Origin: Paraspadella gotoi
Lineage: Eukaryota > Animalia > Chaetognatha
Direction: 5' to 3'
Assembly (NCBI GenBank): GCA_051294375.1
Contig: CM119266.1
Span: 1,679,554 to 1,743,553, forward strand
DNA: 64,000 nt
Of this stretch, positions 12,875 through 26,730 are shown in pieces (position 1 is the stretch's first letter; every line of letters starts with the position of its first letter). The notes beneath the pieces were generated by a model. That model searched no databases. It was not told the origin of the DNA and saw nothing but the letters and a program-made list of their open reading frames with translations. Position numbers and translations under genes: made by a program.

Positions 12875-13703
12875 TTAAATTTAAATCACAGTATCGAACC
12901 TTACCGGTTAACTGCTCTATAATTCGGCTAATCAGAAGTCGGACGTCATGAACCAATAAGAGAGGAGGATTTTTGCGGACGCGGGATAAGTGCAACGGAT
13001 ATTTGGATGCAGGATTGTAGTTTTCATTGACGTATTGGCAATGCTATTGGCAATAGTATTGCGTATCAGGATTTTTGAGTTATATTTTTACATTAATTTA
13101 ATGTTGTTAATGATATTGTTAAGTATTACGGAGATTCTTTATTGTTTACATCTCACTCCGTAGGGGCAAAAAATAACTGAGGCAAGGCATAATATTTTTC
13201 AGAGACATTAGTTAAAAACTAATAGAAACGATTCTTGATCCGCTTATCGATTATTTCTATATCTCTTTAAGTAACTTGAAACTGAGATAGAAATAGCAGT
13301 TGTGGTGAGTGGTGACAATTTTAAACCTACCGCTTAAAAAATACTGCCATTTGCCAACCCTTAAATATTTTTTTTAATTTTAACTATTATTTTAAAATTA
13401 AAAACGAAAACTATTTATTTGTGCAAATTTTATATTAATCGATTTTAAAATGCTTTAGCGATGATAGCAGGAGGATAGATTTGAAAACCGTTTTTAATTT
13501 TTAAATTCATACTTTTTTTTATATTAGACTTTTTTCCTTTTTCAATAAGCTTCTTAAAAAAATATTGATTAAAATAATATCAATATTATTATCTTCTGAA
13601 AGCCCTTACAAATATATAGGTTGTATCAATTTCATAAAAAGAATGATGTACTTATGATAATGAATATAAAATTTAACCACTGTCACCTCGGCCCCTAACC
13701 CGC

Positions 13704-14013
13704 CACACTTTGAAGCCATAGTAAGGTGGACAGCAGAAAATTTCATACAGCCTCGCTACCCAGCTGTAACCACTACACTTTGAAGCCATAGTAAGGTGGA
13801 CAGCAGAAAATTTCATACAGCCTCGCTACCCAGCTGTAACCACTACACTTTGAAGCCATAATAAGGTGGACAGCAGAAAATTTCATACAGCCTCGCTACC
13901 CAGCTATAACCACTACACTTTGAAGCCATAGTAAGGTGGACAGCAGAAAATTTTATACAGCCTCGCTACCCAGCTGTAACCACTACACTTTGAAACCATA
14001 ATAAGGTGGACAG
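13704..14013. repeat. 70-bp tandem repeat, ~4.4 copies
   Basis: Unit CACTTTGAAGCCATAGTAAGGTGGACAGCAGAAAATTTCATACAGCCTCGCTACCCAGCTGTAACCACTA starts at 13706, 13776, 13846, 13916 and 13986; partial copy at ~15227-15268. Confidence 0.95.
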
Positions 14014-14352
14014 TAGGGTGAAGTGAAAGTTTGGAATTGAAATTTAGCAGTTATATCTTAACTATAGTAGCCCAGTCAGCTTATTTTGTATATAGTACTA
14101 CCCTTATATAATGTCAAAATTTCAAAATGATTTTTTTTAAATTCTGAGAACAGATTCAGATTCCTCGTTAAAAGTTGATAAAAGAAAATATAAATCTTTT
14201 TTAAAAATTATGTCATTAAGTAGGTAAAAATTATAAAAAACTATTATGGTGGATTAAAACCCACCAACCGTTCATCAGCGGCCATTGGTGTCGGAGGCAA
14301 GTCATTCGCTTCCCAACCCAAAGGTCCGGGGTTCTAGCCCGGTGGTCATCTG

Positions 14353-14426
14353 GCAGTTAAGAGGGACGGGGCGCTTAACCCGCCTGTAACATGGTGTTAC
14401 AGCCTGATTCGAAGCTCAGGGACTAC
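14353..14426 (+). ncRNA. Type-P5 twister ribozyme-like motif in the 5' LTR
   Basis: GCAGT..GG-GA-CGGG-GCGCT-TAA-CC-C-GC-[CTGTAAC/GTTACAG]-CCTGA-TTCG-AA-GC-TCAGG-G-ACTAC. Predicted cleavage at 14376/14377. Confidence 0.72.
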
Positions 14427-14765
14427 TTATATTGAACGGTTCTATCACTAACTCATAACAATAATTACTGTCTCTTCATTGGTGAGCCCGACTTCCGAAC
14501 ATAACAACAACAACACTTTCCGGCGACATGCCTGAACCTGGCGATGCAATTTCCGCCCACAACACATCAGGCGACATGCCTCAACTTGGTGACGCACTTT
14601 CCACCAACAACAATTCACTGAAGAGACGCAACAGACATCTTCCTACGAGGGGGGGTGTATGGTGGACTAAAACCCACCAACCGTTCATCAGCGGCCATTG
14701 GTGTCGGAGGCAAGTCATTCGCCTCCCAACCCAAAGGTCCGGGGTTCTAGCCCGGTGGTCGTCTG

Positions 14766-14839
14766 GCAGTTAAGAGGGACGGGGCGCTTAACCCGCCTGT
14801 AACATGGTGTTACAGCCTGATCCGAAGCTCAGGGACTGC
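14766..14839 (+). ncRNA. Type-P5 twister ribozyme-like motif in the 3' LTR
   Basis: P5 GCAGT/ACTGC; P3 CTGTAAC/GTTACAG; P4 CCTGA/TCAGG; L4 TCCG-AA-GC; T1 TCCG:CGGG; T2 GC:GC. Predicted cleavage at 14789/14790. Confidence 0.78.
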
Positions 14840-16856
14840 TTATATTGAACGGTTCTATCACTAACTCATAACAATAATTACTGTCTCTTCACTATGTTTT
14901 TAAACTGGAAATTAAAAATCGATGTTTTAAATATAGTTTATTACATTTTTGACTAACTTAATGAAAGAATTTTTAAAAAAGAATTATACTTTCCTTTTTT
15001 AACTTTTTGCAAGGAATCCAAATCCGATCTTAAAATTTAAAAATTTGCATTTTAAAATTTTAGCCTATTATATACTTATAATAATATATAAATATAGCTC
15101 ACTGGTGCCCGCTAATGTATAAAATTAAAAAATAAATTTATCAAAATATTTTTAATGGTTTTTATGTTCATGTTTTATATGCTAAATTTTAATTTTCTAA
15201 AATTTTATCATTTTCACATCACTCTAGTGGACAGCAGAAAATTTCATACCGCCTCGCTACCCAGCTGTTATCAATGACGCGACGATATATATATATATAT
15301 ATATTCAGTCAGTTAAAAGTTATAATAATTTTCATTTCACTCCCATTTGAAATCCATGTATTTAAACTTTATTTTTTACAAAATATTAAATTTAATCTTT
15401 AATACCTAACCCTAACTTATCCTCTAACCTAATTAACCTAATTAATTCTGAAGTTAAGCTGAAAAGGGGCACTTTTTAAAAATATGGTCAAAAGTTGTTT
15501 TTAAAACATGCCCTTCCAGTAATCTACACAAAATATGAAAGATTCAGTAAAGTGAGACTGGAAATATGTTAGCGAAACTTCTGATGTCTTTTGCGTCGAA
15601 AGTTTATTTTTTTATTTTTAACTCTAAACAAAAAAAATTATACCATACGTTGTTTTCATTTTCTTCGGACGAAATTGTGTTTAGAAATGAAAAAAAAATA
15701 ATTTGGAATTTTAAAAATTTTTAAAGCATACATATTACTATATGAAAATACTATTTGTAATACAGTTATAAGAAAAAATAAGTTTTAATAGGCCTAAATT
15801 TCATTATTTGCATGTACAAATATATGAAAAAAAATGCCAAATCGCTCATTATTTTCATTGCTCCACTCGACTGTTTGCCACAATGAATATCCGCGCATCG
15901 GGTTTTTTCTTTCTTTCTTTGTTTTTTTTCTTTGTTTCTAACTTCACGAGAGCTGACATGTGTTTTCTCCCGTCTAATCCTTTTAAAGCAGTTTCTTTTT
16001 GCCGAAGACCTTCACACAGTTCCCTTATACTTATAGATAAGCATTCTCCGAGAATTCATTTCGTTTGTGTAAGTTGGGTTTGCGTCAAGTCGCTTAAAAT
16101 TTGAATCTCGAATGATGGTTTAACAAGTTCTTCATTATCAAAACATTAAATCTAAATAATATCTCACTAAAATTATTTTCTCTTTCAGTTGTACTACGTT
16201 AATGATGTATGAAAATTTAAAAAAATAGCTGAAATTTAGACTCAGTGTTGCTCTGGCACGAAAGGTAGTTCGAGTTTTAATTGGGAGATAGAAAAAGAAA
16301 AAATGTGGCAGCAGATGTGTTAGTGTCTAGGAATAAATCAAGCTGAAAGTATAGAGTTTCACTGTCTATCCTTTAAAAGTGATCGAATTAAAAAAATCCC
16401 CAAATTTCGGGACCAAAAAAACCTAATTTTAAATAACAAAACTATTTAACATGTTCAGAAATATAAATTTAACGGGAAGCTTACTTAGTCTTTTTGGTGC
16501 GAACGAACAGAGAAGAATAGTGTTAGAGTTTCAGACTATTGCAGCGAAATTTGGATTCTTGTGACTTAATAGGCTACATATATCGATGAATAAATTGTTT
16601 TGCTTTTAGACAATATATAAAAATATATTCTATTTAGGTTCAAGCGCCGATATTTAACAAAAATACTTGACTCAACAAACACAAATGTCATTCAAATTTT
16701 TCTCTCGGCGGATCTTGGCACGGGAGCGCTCTCGTTAAGGTTCGATCCTATAGAAATCTTTTGTTAAAACTCGGAGCGGAGAATAAGTTGATTATTCTTT
16801 CGCCGTTCGTACAATCAACTTCTCTCGCTCTCTTTCTGAGAAATTTAACCTCAATC

Positions 16857-17447
16857 ATGTCTGACGCTGCTTCTGCTCCGGCCAAAAAGGCCTCTAAGCC
16901 AAAGGCCAAGAAGGCTGCCTCTCATCCGCCTTTCACCCAGATGATCGTCAATGCCATCACTGGTCTCGGTGACAAGAAAGGATCTTCCAAGGTGGCGATC
17001 AAGAAGTACATTCTCGCTAACTTTAAAGTCGAGGATACGAAGTCCACCAACACTCATCTCAACATGGCGTTGAAGCGTGGTGTGGACGCCGGCAAGCTGG
17101 TCACCGCTAAAGGCCACACTGGTCACTTCAAGGCCAACAAGGAAGTCGCCCCCAAGAAGCCCGCGGCCAAGAAGGCTTCGCCCAAGAAGAAGCCTGCCGC
17201 CAAGAAGCCCGCCGCGAAGAAGGCTTCGCCCAAGAAAGCCGCCACGAAGAAGACCGTCAAGAAGTCCCCCAAGAAGGTGGCCAAGCCTAAGACCGTTGCC
17301 AAGAAACCGGCGGCCAAGAAGACGCCAAAGAAAGCCGTTTCTGCAAAGAAGCCGGCTGCCAAGAAACCCGCCGCTAAGAAGCCGGCGGCCAAGAAGCCAG
17401 CTGCGAAGAAACCGGCTGCCAAGAAAGCCGCGCCCAAGAAGAAGTAG
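16857..17447 (+). CDS. H1: Histone H1
   Basis: Winged-helix domain ([30 protein letters not shown]) plus KKPAA-rich tail; AAACACA box at ~16677; stem-loop at 17477-17492. Confidence 0.96.
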   Translation: MSDAASAPAKKASKPKAKKAASHPPFTQMIVNAITGLGDKKGSSKVAIKKYILANFKVEDTKSTNTHLNMALKRGVDAGKLVTAKGHTGHFKANKEVAPKKPAAKKASPKKKPAAKKPAAKKASPKKAATKKTVKKSPKKVAKPKTVAKKPAAKKTPKKAVSAKKPAAKKPAAKKPAAKKPAAKKPAAKKAAPKKK

Positions 17448-18335
17448 GCCGTTGGCTCCATCGAACTCACTCCAAAGGCCCTTTTCAGGGCCACCATTTC
17501 CTCTAAAAAGATCGTCATCGAAAAATGTAATACACGTGCGAGTAATACCAGTTAGAATCTACTAAGGCCTGGTTTAGTTTAAACGAGATAATGTGACTAA
17601 GCAATTCTCTTGATTCGCAAGATAAATAATTAACTAACTTTCATAAAAGAAAAGTTTGTTTCTATTAAACTAGATTCTTTTCCCACACTACAATTCGAGA
17701 CGTACGTTGTCTTCGCTACACCGCCTCCGCATCTTTGGCAAAACAAGACGGTACCTGAGGCATGCGGTGGCACTGGGTCGGAAGTCTTTGTCTCAACGGG
17801 TGCGAGAGAACTCCGAAAATTAACTAATAATTTGTAAATTTTCTGTGACCGCCACAATTACTATCGAGTATTTTTTGTGGCGAATTTTTCACAAAATAAG
17901 GAAATCAATCAATGTAATATTTGTAATATTGCAATAATTACAGTTAAAAATTTTATACTACAGTATTTGTAAGTACATCATTCTCTTTAGATTTGTAAGG
18001 GCTTTCAGAAAAATTTCTGAAAATATAAAAAAAAATTAAATTTTGAACATTGCAAAACATATAATTTGGACATATAAATAATTAATATACTATTATACTT
18101 AACTTAATGAAATAACCACTGGTTTGCAAATAACAGCGTTATTTTACCGGCGCTTATAAAATTGTCACCATGTAGTAATTTTGTAGTTCTAATTTTAATA
18201 AATTTACGGATTTGTCTACGTTTTAGGACCTAAAGAGAAAATCAAAGTACCAAATAGCTGACTGACGATCTTTTTGAATCATTTGTGGCCCTAAAAAGGG
18301 CCCTTGGGGTGAGTTAATTAATAGTAACTTAAATC

Positions 18336-18728
<393 letters not shown>

Positions 18729-18980
18729 TTATAAACTTTTGGATCGAACCTCATCTGTTGGCTGCTTACTAATTCGACGAATCCGGCGTCAGCAGCCGAG
18801 TGGCGGCATCGGCCAATCAGTGAGAAGAAAGATTTTGAAAATTTTTTGTCTATTTTTTCAGTACATAACACAATATTGGCTTATAAGTTATAAGTTATAA
18901 GTTATAACTAAATTATCCAGAAACTCGTCAAAGACTTTGACAAAGTTAAAGTTAATTAAAAGCATTTAAGTTAAAGTTAA

Positions 18981-19647
<667 letters not shown>

Positions 19648-20589
19648 TAGAATTCGTATATATATACACTTAAGGGAGTGGTCTTTTCATACAATTGTAA
19701 CAATCTTTGAAATATTATACCACTTCATTGATAGGGAAGCCAGGTACTCTGGGAGTGAATAAACAAGACAGTCTTGATTAAAAGCTTGCAGGGATCTGCT
19801 ATCTTAATCCACCAAAGCAAGATAGCTTATTTATTAAATTAATAGATAATCTTTATTGGTTGTACCAATTTCATAGATAAAAGTGAAAGCTTATTTGAGT
19901 ATAATCTCGTTTACAAAGTAGAGTTTTTATGAAATTGGTACAACCAATATAAAAATATTTACTGCAAATATATTATATTTATCCTATATATTTAAATTAG
20001 ATTTATTTCATTTAAACACCGATAAAATCGTTGTTTAAATAAAATACTAAAAACTCTCAACTTTGTAAAAGAAATTCGAAATACAACGAAAAAGAAAGGA
20101 AATTAAATAAGCGTATTATCATAATTTTTAAAAAAAGCACTACACTACAATTAAAGATTTAATTAATTCTTTCTTTATTCCTGCGGTAAGGCAGTATCCT
20201 TTATAGTTAGGAAAATGGAAAATTTAAAAATTAGCTTTCGACTATTCCGCCAAGCGTGGGATCGTCTCCAAAATTGAACTTCTAAACGCATTTCCCTAAT
20301 TTGGGAGTTCTTTAACAAAATCTTTATTAAAAGATCGCAAGGGCAAGATTTCATGTTTATTGGTGGTACCAATATCATTATGCTAGTGGGGAAACTAAGA
20401 GCAAGGTTTTATCCTAAAAAATAATTGATGATGGTACTTGTTTTTTCTTTTCTTTTTTTACTTCAGCTCTATTAAGCATTAGGAGACGTAAAGAAGATAT
20501 TAAACATAAGTCGGCAATGACAGATCTTTTGAAAAACAATGGCAGCCCTAAAAAGGGCTTTTGGGGTGTTTTCAGTTCTTGAAGGAAAT

Positions 20590-20961
20590 CTACTTGGAGC
20601 TGGTGTATTTGGTGACGGCCTTGGTGCCTTCAGACACGGCGTGCTTGGCCAATTCACCGGGAAGCAGAAGCCTCACGGCCGTCTGGATCTCCCTGGAGGT
20701 GATGGTGGTCCTCTTATTGTAGTGGGCCAAGCGGGAAGATTCGGCCGCAATGCGTTCGAAGATGTCGTTGACGAATGAGTTCATGATGCTCATTGCCTTG
20801 GAGGAGACGCCGGTATCAGGATGAACTTGCTTCAATACCTTGTAAATGTAGATAGCATACGACTCCTTTCGCTTTCTCTTCCTCTTCTTGTCACTGGCAG
20901 AGCGAGCAGCCTTGGCTTTTCCAGCCTTCTTCGCGCCCTTGGACGAAACTTTCGGAGGCAT
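20590..20961 (-). CDS. H2B: Histone H2B
   Basis: [14 protein letters not shown]...KYTSSK; stem-loop at 20544-20559. Confidence 0.98.
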   Translation of the reverse strand: MPPKVSSKGAKKAGKAKAARSASDKKRKRKRKESYAIYIYKVLKQVHPDTGVSSKAMSIMNSFVNDIFERIAAESSRLAHYNKRTTITSREIQTAVRLLLPGELAKHAVSEGTKAVTKYTSSK

Positions 20962-21244
20962 TTTACGTGAAATCAAAGACGAGATTAAAAGATCTATGTT
21001 TCTCCACACACTCTTGGACTTTTCTTTTTATATGCCCTCAACGGATCAGAGCCGAGGGTAAATTGCGCAAGCTCTGAAATAACGCTCTCTGATTGGTTGA
21101 ATCAAATTTAAACAACCAACAGAATCAGGGCGGATTTTTTTACTCGCGCTTTGGATCCTGCTTGCTGGTATAAAAACCGAACTTGACGCGTTTTAGAAAT
21201 ATTTTTTGACTCATCGTATAGCTCGTAACAATAATTTCATTACA

Positions 21245-21616
21245 ATGTCTGGACGTGGAAAAGGCGGGAAATCCAAAGGGAAGGCGAAGAGCCGTTCCAG
21301 CCGTGCTGGGCTTCAGTTTCCAGTGGGTCGTGTCCACCGATTCCTGCGCAAAGGCAATTATGCTGAACGCGTTGGCGCCGGTGCTCCGGTCTATTTGGCC
21401 GCTGTTCTCGAGTACCTTACAGCTGAGATTTTAGAGTTGGCTGGTAACGCTGCTCGCGACAACAAGAAGACGAGAATCATTCCCCGTCATCTTCAATTGG
21501 CCATTCGTAACGACGAGGAGTTGAACAAACTTCTCTCTGGGGTCACCATAGCTCAAGGTGGTGTCCTGCCCAACATCCAAGCTGTCCTGCTGCCCAAGAA
21601 GACCGAAAAGAAGTAA
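21245..21616 (+). CDS. H2A: Histone H2A
   Basis: [19 protein letters not shown]...KKTEKK; stem-loop at 21643-21658. Confidence 0.98.
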   Translation: MSGRGKGGKSKGKAKSRSSRAGLQFPVGRVHRFLRKGNYAERVGAGAPVYLAAVLEYLTAEILELAGNAARDNKKTRIIPRHLQLAIRNDEELNKLLSGVTIAQGGVLPNIQAVLLPKKTEKK

Positions 21617-21828
21617 AAGTTCTCAACACTTCCCACCCCAAGAGCCCTTTTTAGGGCTGCCAAAACCTCTCAAAAGATCTGCCAGTTACTGTTTAATCAA
21701 ATTAATGTATCTTAATTCCATCCATGTTAGAGCCGAGTACAGGTTTCTTTTTTCGGACCGAGAATCGATTCTGACCAAATAACTGAACCAAGTTTTATAC
21801 GATTTTGCGTAGTATCCCAATGGCCGTT

Positions 21829-22294
21829 CAAATGGACTATCGAGTCGATTTTCAATATTTTACCCCTGTGCTATGATACAGGGCCATGGCACGGGGGGTT
21901 CAACCCAAGGGGGAAAAAATTACCTTCCTTTAAATTTATCGGGGGATCGGCAAAATTTTATTTTCGCAGACCGGGGTTTTGGCGTCTTTAGATCTAACTT
22001 TTGCTCTCCTAACGAAAGCTGTTCATGATCCTGTAAATAGAGCGAAAATAGGTTTTCACAATAATAGATTTACTTTTCTGGACAAACGTTTTTGCAACTG
22101 TTGGGGATAAAAAAATTAATATTAAAAAAACATTTTTGCCGTCCTGGGCTTACCTTTTAGGGACCCATATCTCGGGTCATAGGCCAAATTTCAAAAATCC
22201 CCATTTCTATTGCCCTATACTATACTATACTTCATCAATGTCGGTCTAGTAGTTTGAAAAAACGAAAGAGCATTTTATAATATGAAGCCTTCTG
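21829..22294. mobile_element. Partial copy of the MITE family at 52391-53125
   Basis: Shares CAAATGGACTATCGAG and the terminal CATTTTATAATATGAAGCCTTCTG followed by TA. Confidence 0.6.
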
Positions 22295-23002
22295 TAATAT
22301 TTTTGCATTTACATTTCAAGGATATTCACTTTTAAAAAATAAAATGAAAACAAATTGTAATTTGTTATATTGTCATATATTAATAAATATTTGAAAGCTT
22401 CAGTGTAACAACCCAATGAACTAATTCAAAAAGTTGCATTGAAAATCGATTTAGTAGTAGAAGGAAAAAAAACTAGATGTTATAAAAAGTGTTTAATTTT
22501 GGCCCGCCTTATTGGCTACGTATGAGGGAAGACTTTCTGGCTACTTAGCGTACTTGGCATTTATTAAACTAAAAATACTTTTTAGTTGTTAATTTATTTT
22601 TATTATATTTTCATTTTTCCTTTTTAAAAGCCGAGGAATTTAGAGGCAAAATGAATATTTGGAGGAAATTCGGGAAATCAAAGTAAACTGACAGTCATCA
22701 CTGTATGAGAAATCGGTGTTTTAGAAACTAGTAACGCAACTAATAGTGATTAATCCTCGGACGACAACCAGACTAATTAAATTTTTTTATTTAATAATAA
22801 TACATATTTATTTGCCGAACACGATCGTACAATAAAATTTTTTTAAAAAATCGCATACAAAACAGAAAGAGCTAGTAGAAGAAAGTCAAAGCCGAACCAC
22901 TACGGATTGTAATAAACGCCGCTGTTCGGCATCAGATTCGTCTAAGCTCGGTTCGTCGTTTTTCTTCTTCTTCGAAAGCTTCCACTGCGCCCTCTCAGCT
23001 CC

Positions 23003-25083
<2,081 letters not shown>

Positions 25084-26134
25084 AGCGAATTGAATCTGGG
25101 GAGTGAAAGGGCTTTACTTAAAAAATACATAAAACATTTACAAATAAAGAGAAAAATGGAAATTTGTACCTTTAAATGTCTCAACTATTCTTTGACAAAC
25201 AACGAATCAAATAAAGCTTGATTGGACGGGGAGGAAAATATTAAACGTCACGATCGAGTTTTCTGAAAGAAAAACGAAAGAACGATCTAAATTCCAGTGT
25301 ATTCTGTAGTTGCAGTTATTAAAAGAATTATAAGGCTCGCATCGGAGATCAAAAGTTTACCAAACAGACCGAGCCCGGCTTAATTTAATACCAACTGGAC
25401 GCCATAATATTAATATTGTGGTTCCGGTTGATAGTTAATAATGTTTATCCCTAATAACAACAGATGGCAGCGTTTGCTGGAGAGAGAACAATTGCACAAT
25501 ATTGCTAAGAATATATCAATTTAACATTTATTTAATTATACTTTTCTTTGTTATTATAAAACAATTTATGAAATCAGGATAAAACATCTGAACGCATTAA
25601 ATTGTGTCCGACTGTGTCCATTTTCAAAAGCATTATTCCAAATTATACTTATTACTAAAGCCTTGGAAATAAAATCAACCTACTCGTTCGTCATGCTCTA
25701 GTTTATTATTAAGCATAAAAAGTATTTAAAAATGTAAATGTAATATTAAGTTTTAAGATATGATTATCTCAATTTGAAATTGCATCAACGGATTAAACTG
25801 AAAGTAAAAATCCTTCACTCGACTTATTCCAGAATTTCTGGAAGACTCAAAGATTGAAATTCTTTTGTGTTGCAATTAATGTCAGTCATTATTTAACATG
25901 AGTTACAATTTTTTAAGAGGAGCAGAATAATTGTATTTTTCATGAATTAACCCTATTAAATACTCTTTGAGTTAGTCTTTTGAGTCTTGCACGGCCAGCT
26001 TCCTCCCTCTCTCGTTCTCCACGATCAATCCTTGTTTTCCTTCATGGCGGCTCCCGCTTTCTGCGACCAAGCTTTAGCGGCCAAGCTTCAAGTATTACTC
26101 CGTCTTCAACATATAATTAGTGTCTGTAAATGCC

Positions 26135-26539
26135 ATGGGAAAGCAATATTACTGCGATTTCTGCGAGAGGCGTTTCCGCGACGGATTGGCGCCTAGAAAA
26201 TCTCACAACCGGTCGACCAAACACTTGGAAGCGACGCGACGTTACTACGAGGCCTTCCTGGGCCCTTCGCAGCGACTTCAAGACATCGAAGCCACGCCCA
26301 ATTGCGAAGCGTTCCTCAAAAGAGATTATTGCAGCTTGGGACCCAAATGTAAATTGTTCCACGTCTCCAAAGGAGATTTGGACCGGTTAAGACTTGAAGC
26401 CGTTGACGAGGGACGACGGAAGGAGACGGAGCGAAGGGAGACTCTCGCCGCTGAGTTGAGGAAAGACGAGGTTGACGCCAACGAAATGTTGCAGGATTGG
26501 TATAGGAAGCGTGATATCTCAATTGTAAAAGTTTCTTAA
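26135..26539 (+). CDS. ZMAT5: Zinc finger matrin-type protein 5 (U11/U12-20K)
   Basis: MGKQYYCDFCERRF...RKSHNRSTKH (U1-type zinc finger) followed by a CCCH finger CEAFLKRDYCSLGPKCKLFH. Confidence 0.85.
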   Translation: MGKQYYCDFCERRFRDGLAPRKSHNRSTKHLEATRRYYEAFLGPSQRLQDIEATPNCEAFLKRDYCSLGPKCKLFHVSKGDLDRLRLEAVDEGRRKETERRETLAAELRKDEVDANEMLQDWYRKRDISIVKVS

Positions 26540-26730
26540 GTTCAACTGTTAACAATAAATCTTTTATCTTGTTTTACGACATTATGACTGTATTTATACT
26601 GCAAATGCAGTTTGCTCGACGTTTTAATTTTTATCTTTGTCCATCATAGATTAAGAAAAAATTTAACTTCGATAATTTTTTTTAGATATAAACTGTTCTC
26701 GAACCCCCGGACAGTGAAAAAATTCTGAAA

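Larger units (their letters stand above)
14245..14891 (+). mobile_element. Complete non-autonomous LTR element (TRIM/LTR-retrozyme-like), family A
   Basis: LTRs 14245-14478 and 14658-14891 (234 bp, 5 substitutions). PBS TGGTGAGCCCGAC at 14480-14492, PPT GAGGGGGGG at 14647-14655, TSD CTAT at 14241-14244 and 14892-14895. Confidence 0.93.

Noticed and set aside
13704-14013. Possible CRISPR array or tandem hammerhead (non-LTR retrozyme) repeat
   Set aside because: Units are contiguous with no unique spacers, the context is eukaryotic, and there is no CTGANGA/GAAA core.
14245-14478. Hammerhead ribozyme on the minus strand (CTGATGA present)
   Set aside because: No stem II closed by GAAA follows; the plus-strand twister fold explains the structure better.
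14245-14478. Family A repeat as an ordinary tRNA-SINE or 5S rRNA gene
   Set aside because: Fixed termini, 4-bp TSDs, PBS and PPT indicate an LTR; there is no similarity to 5S rRNA.
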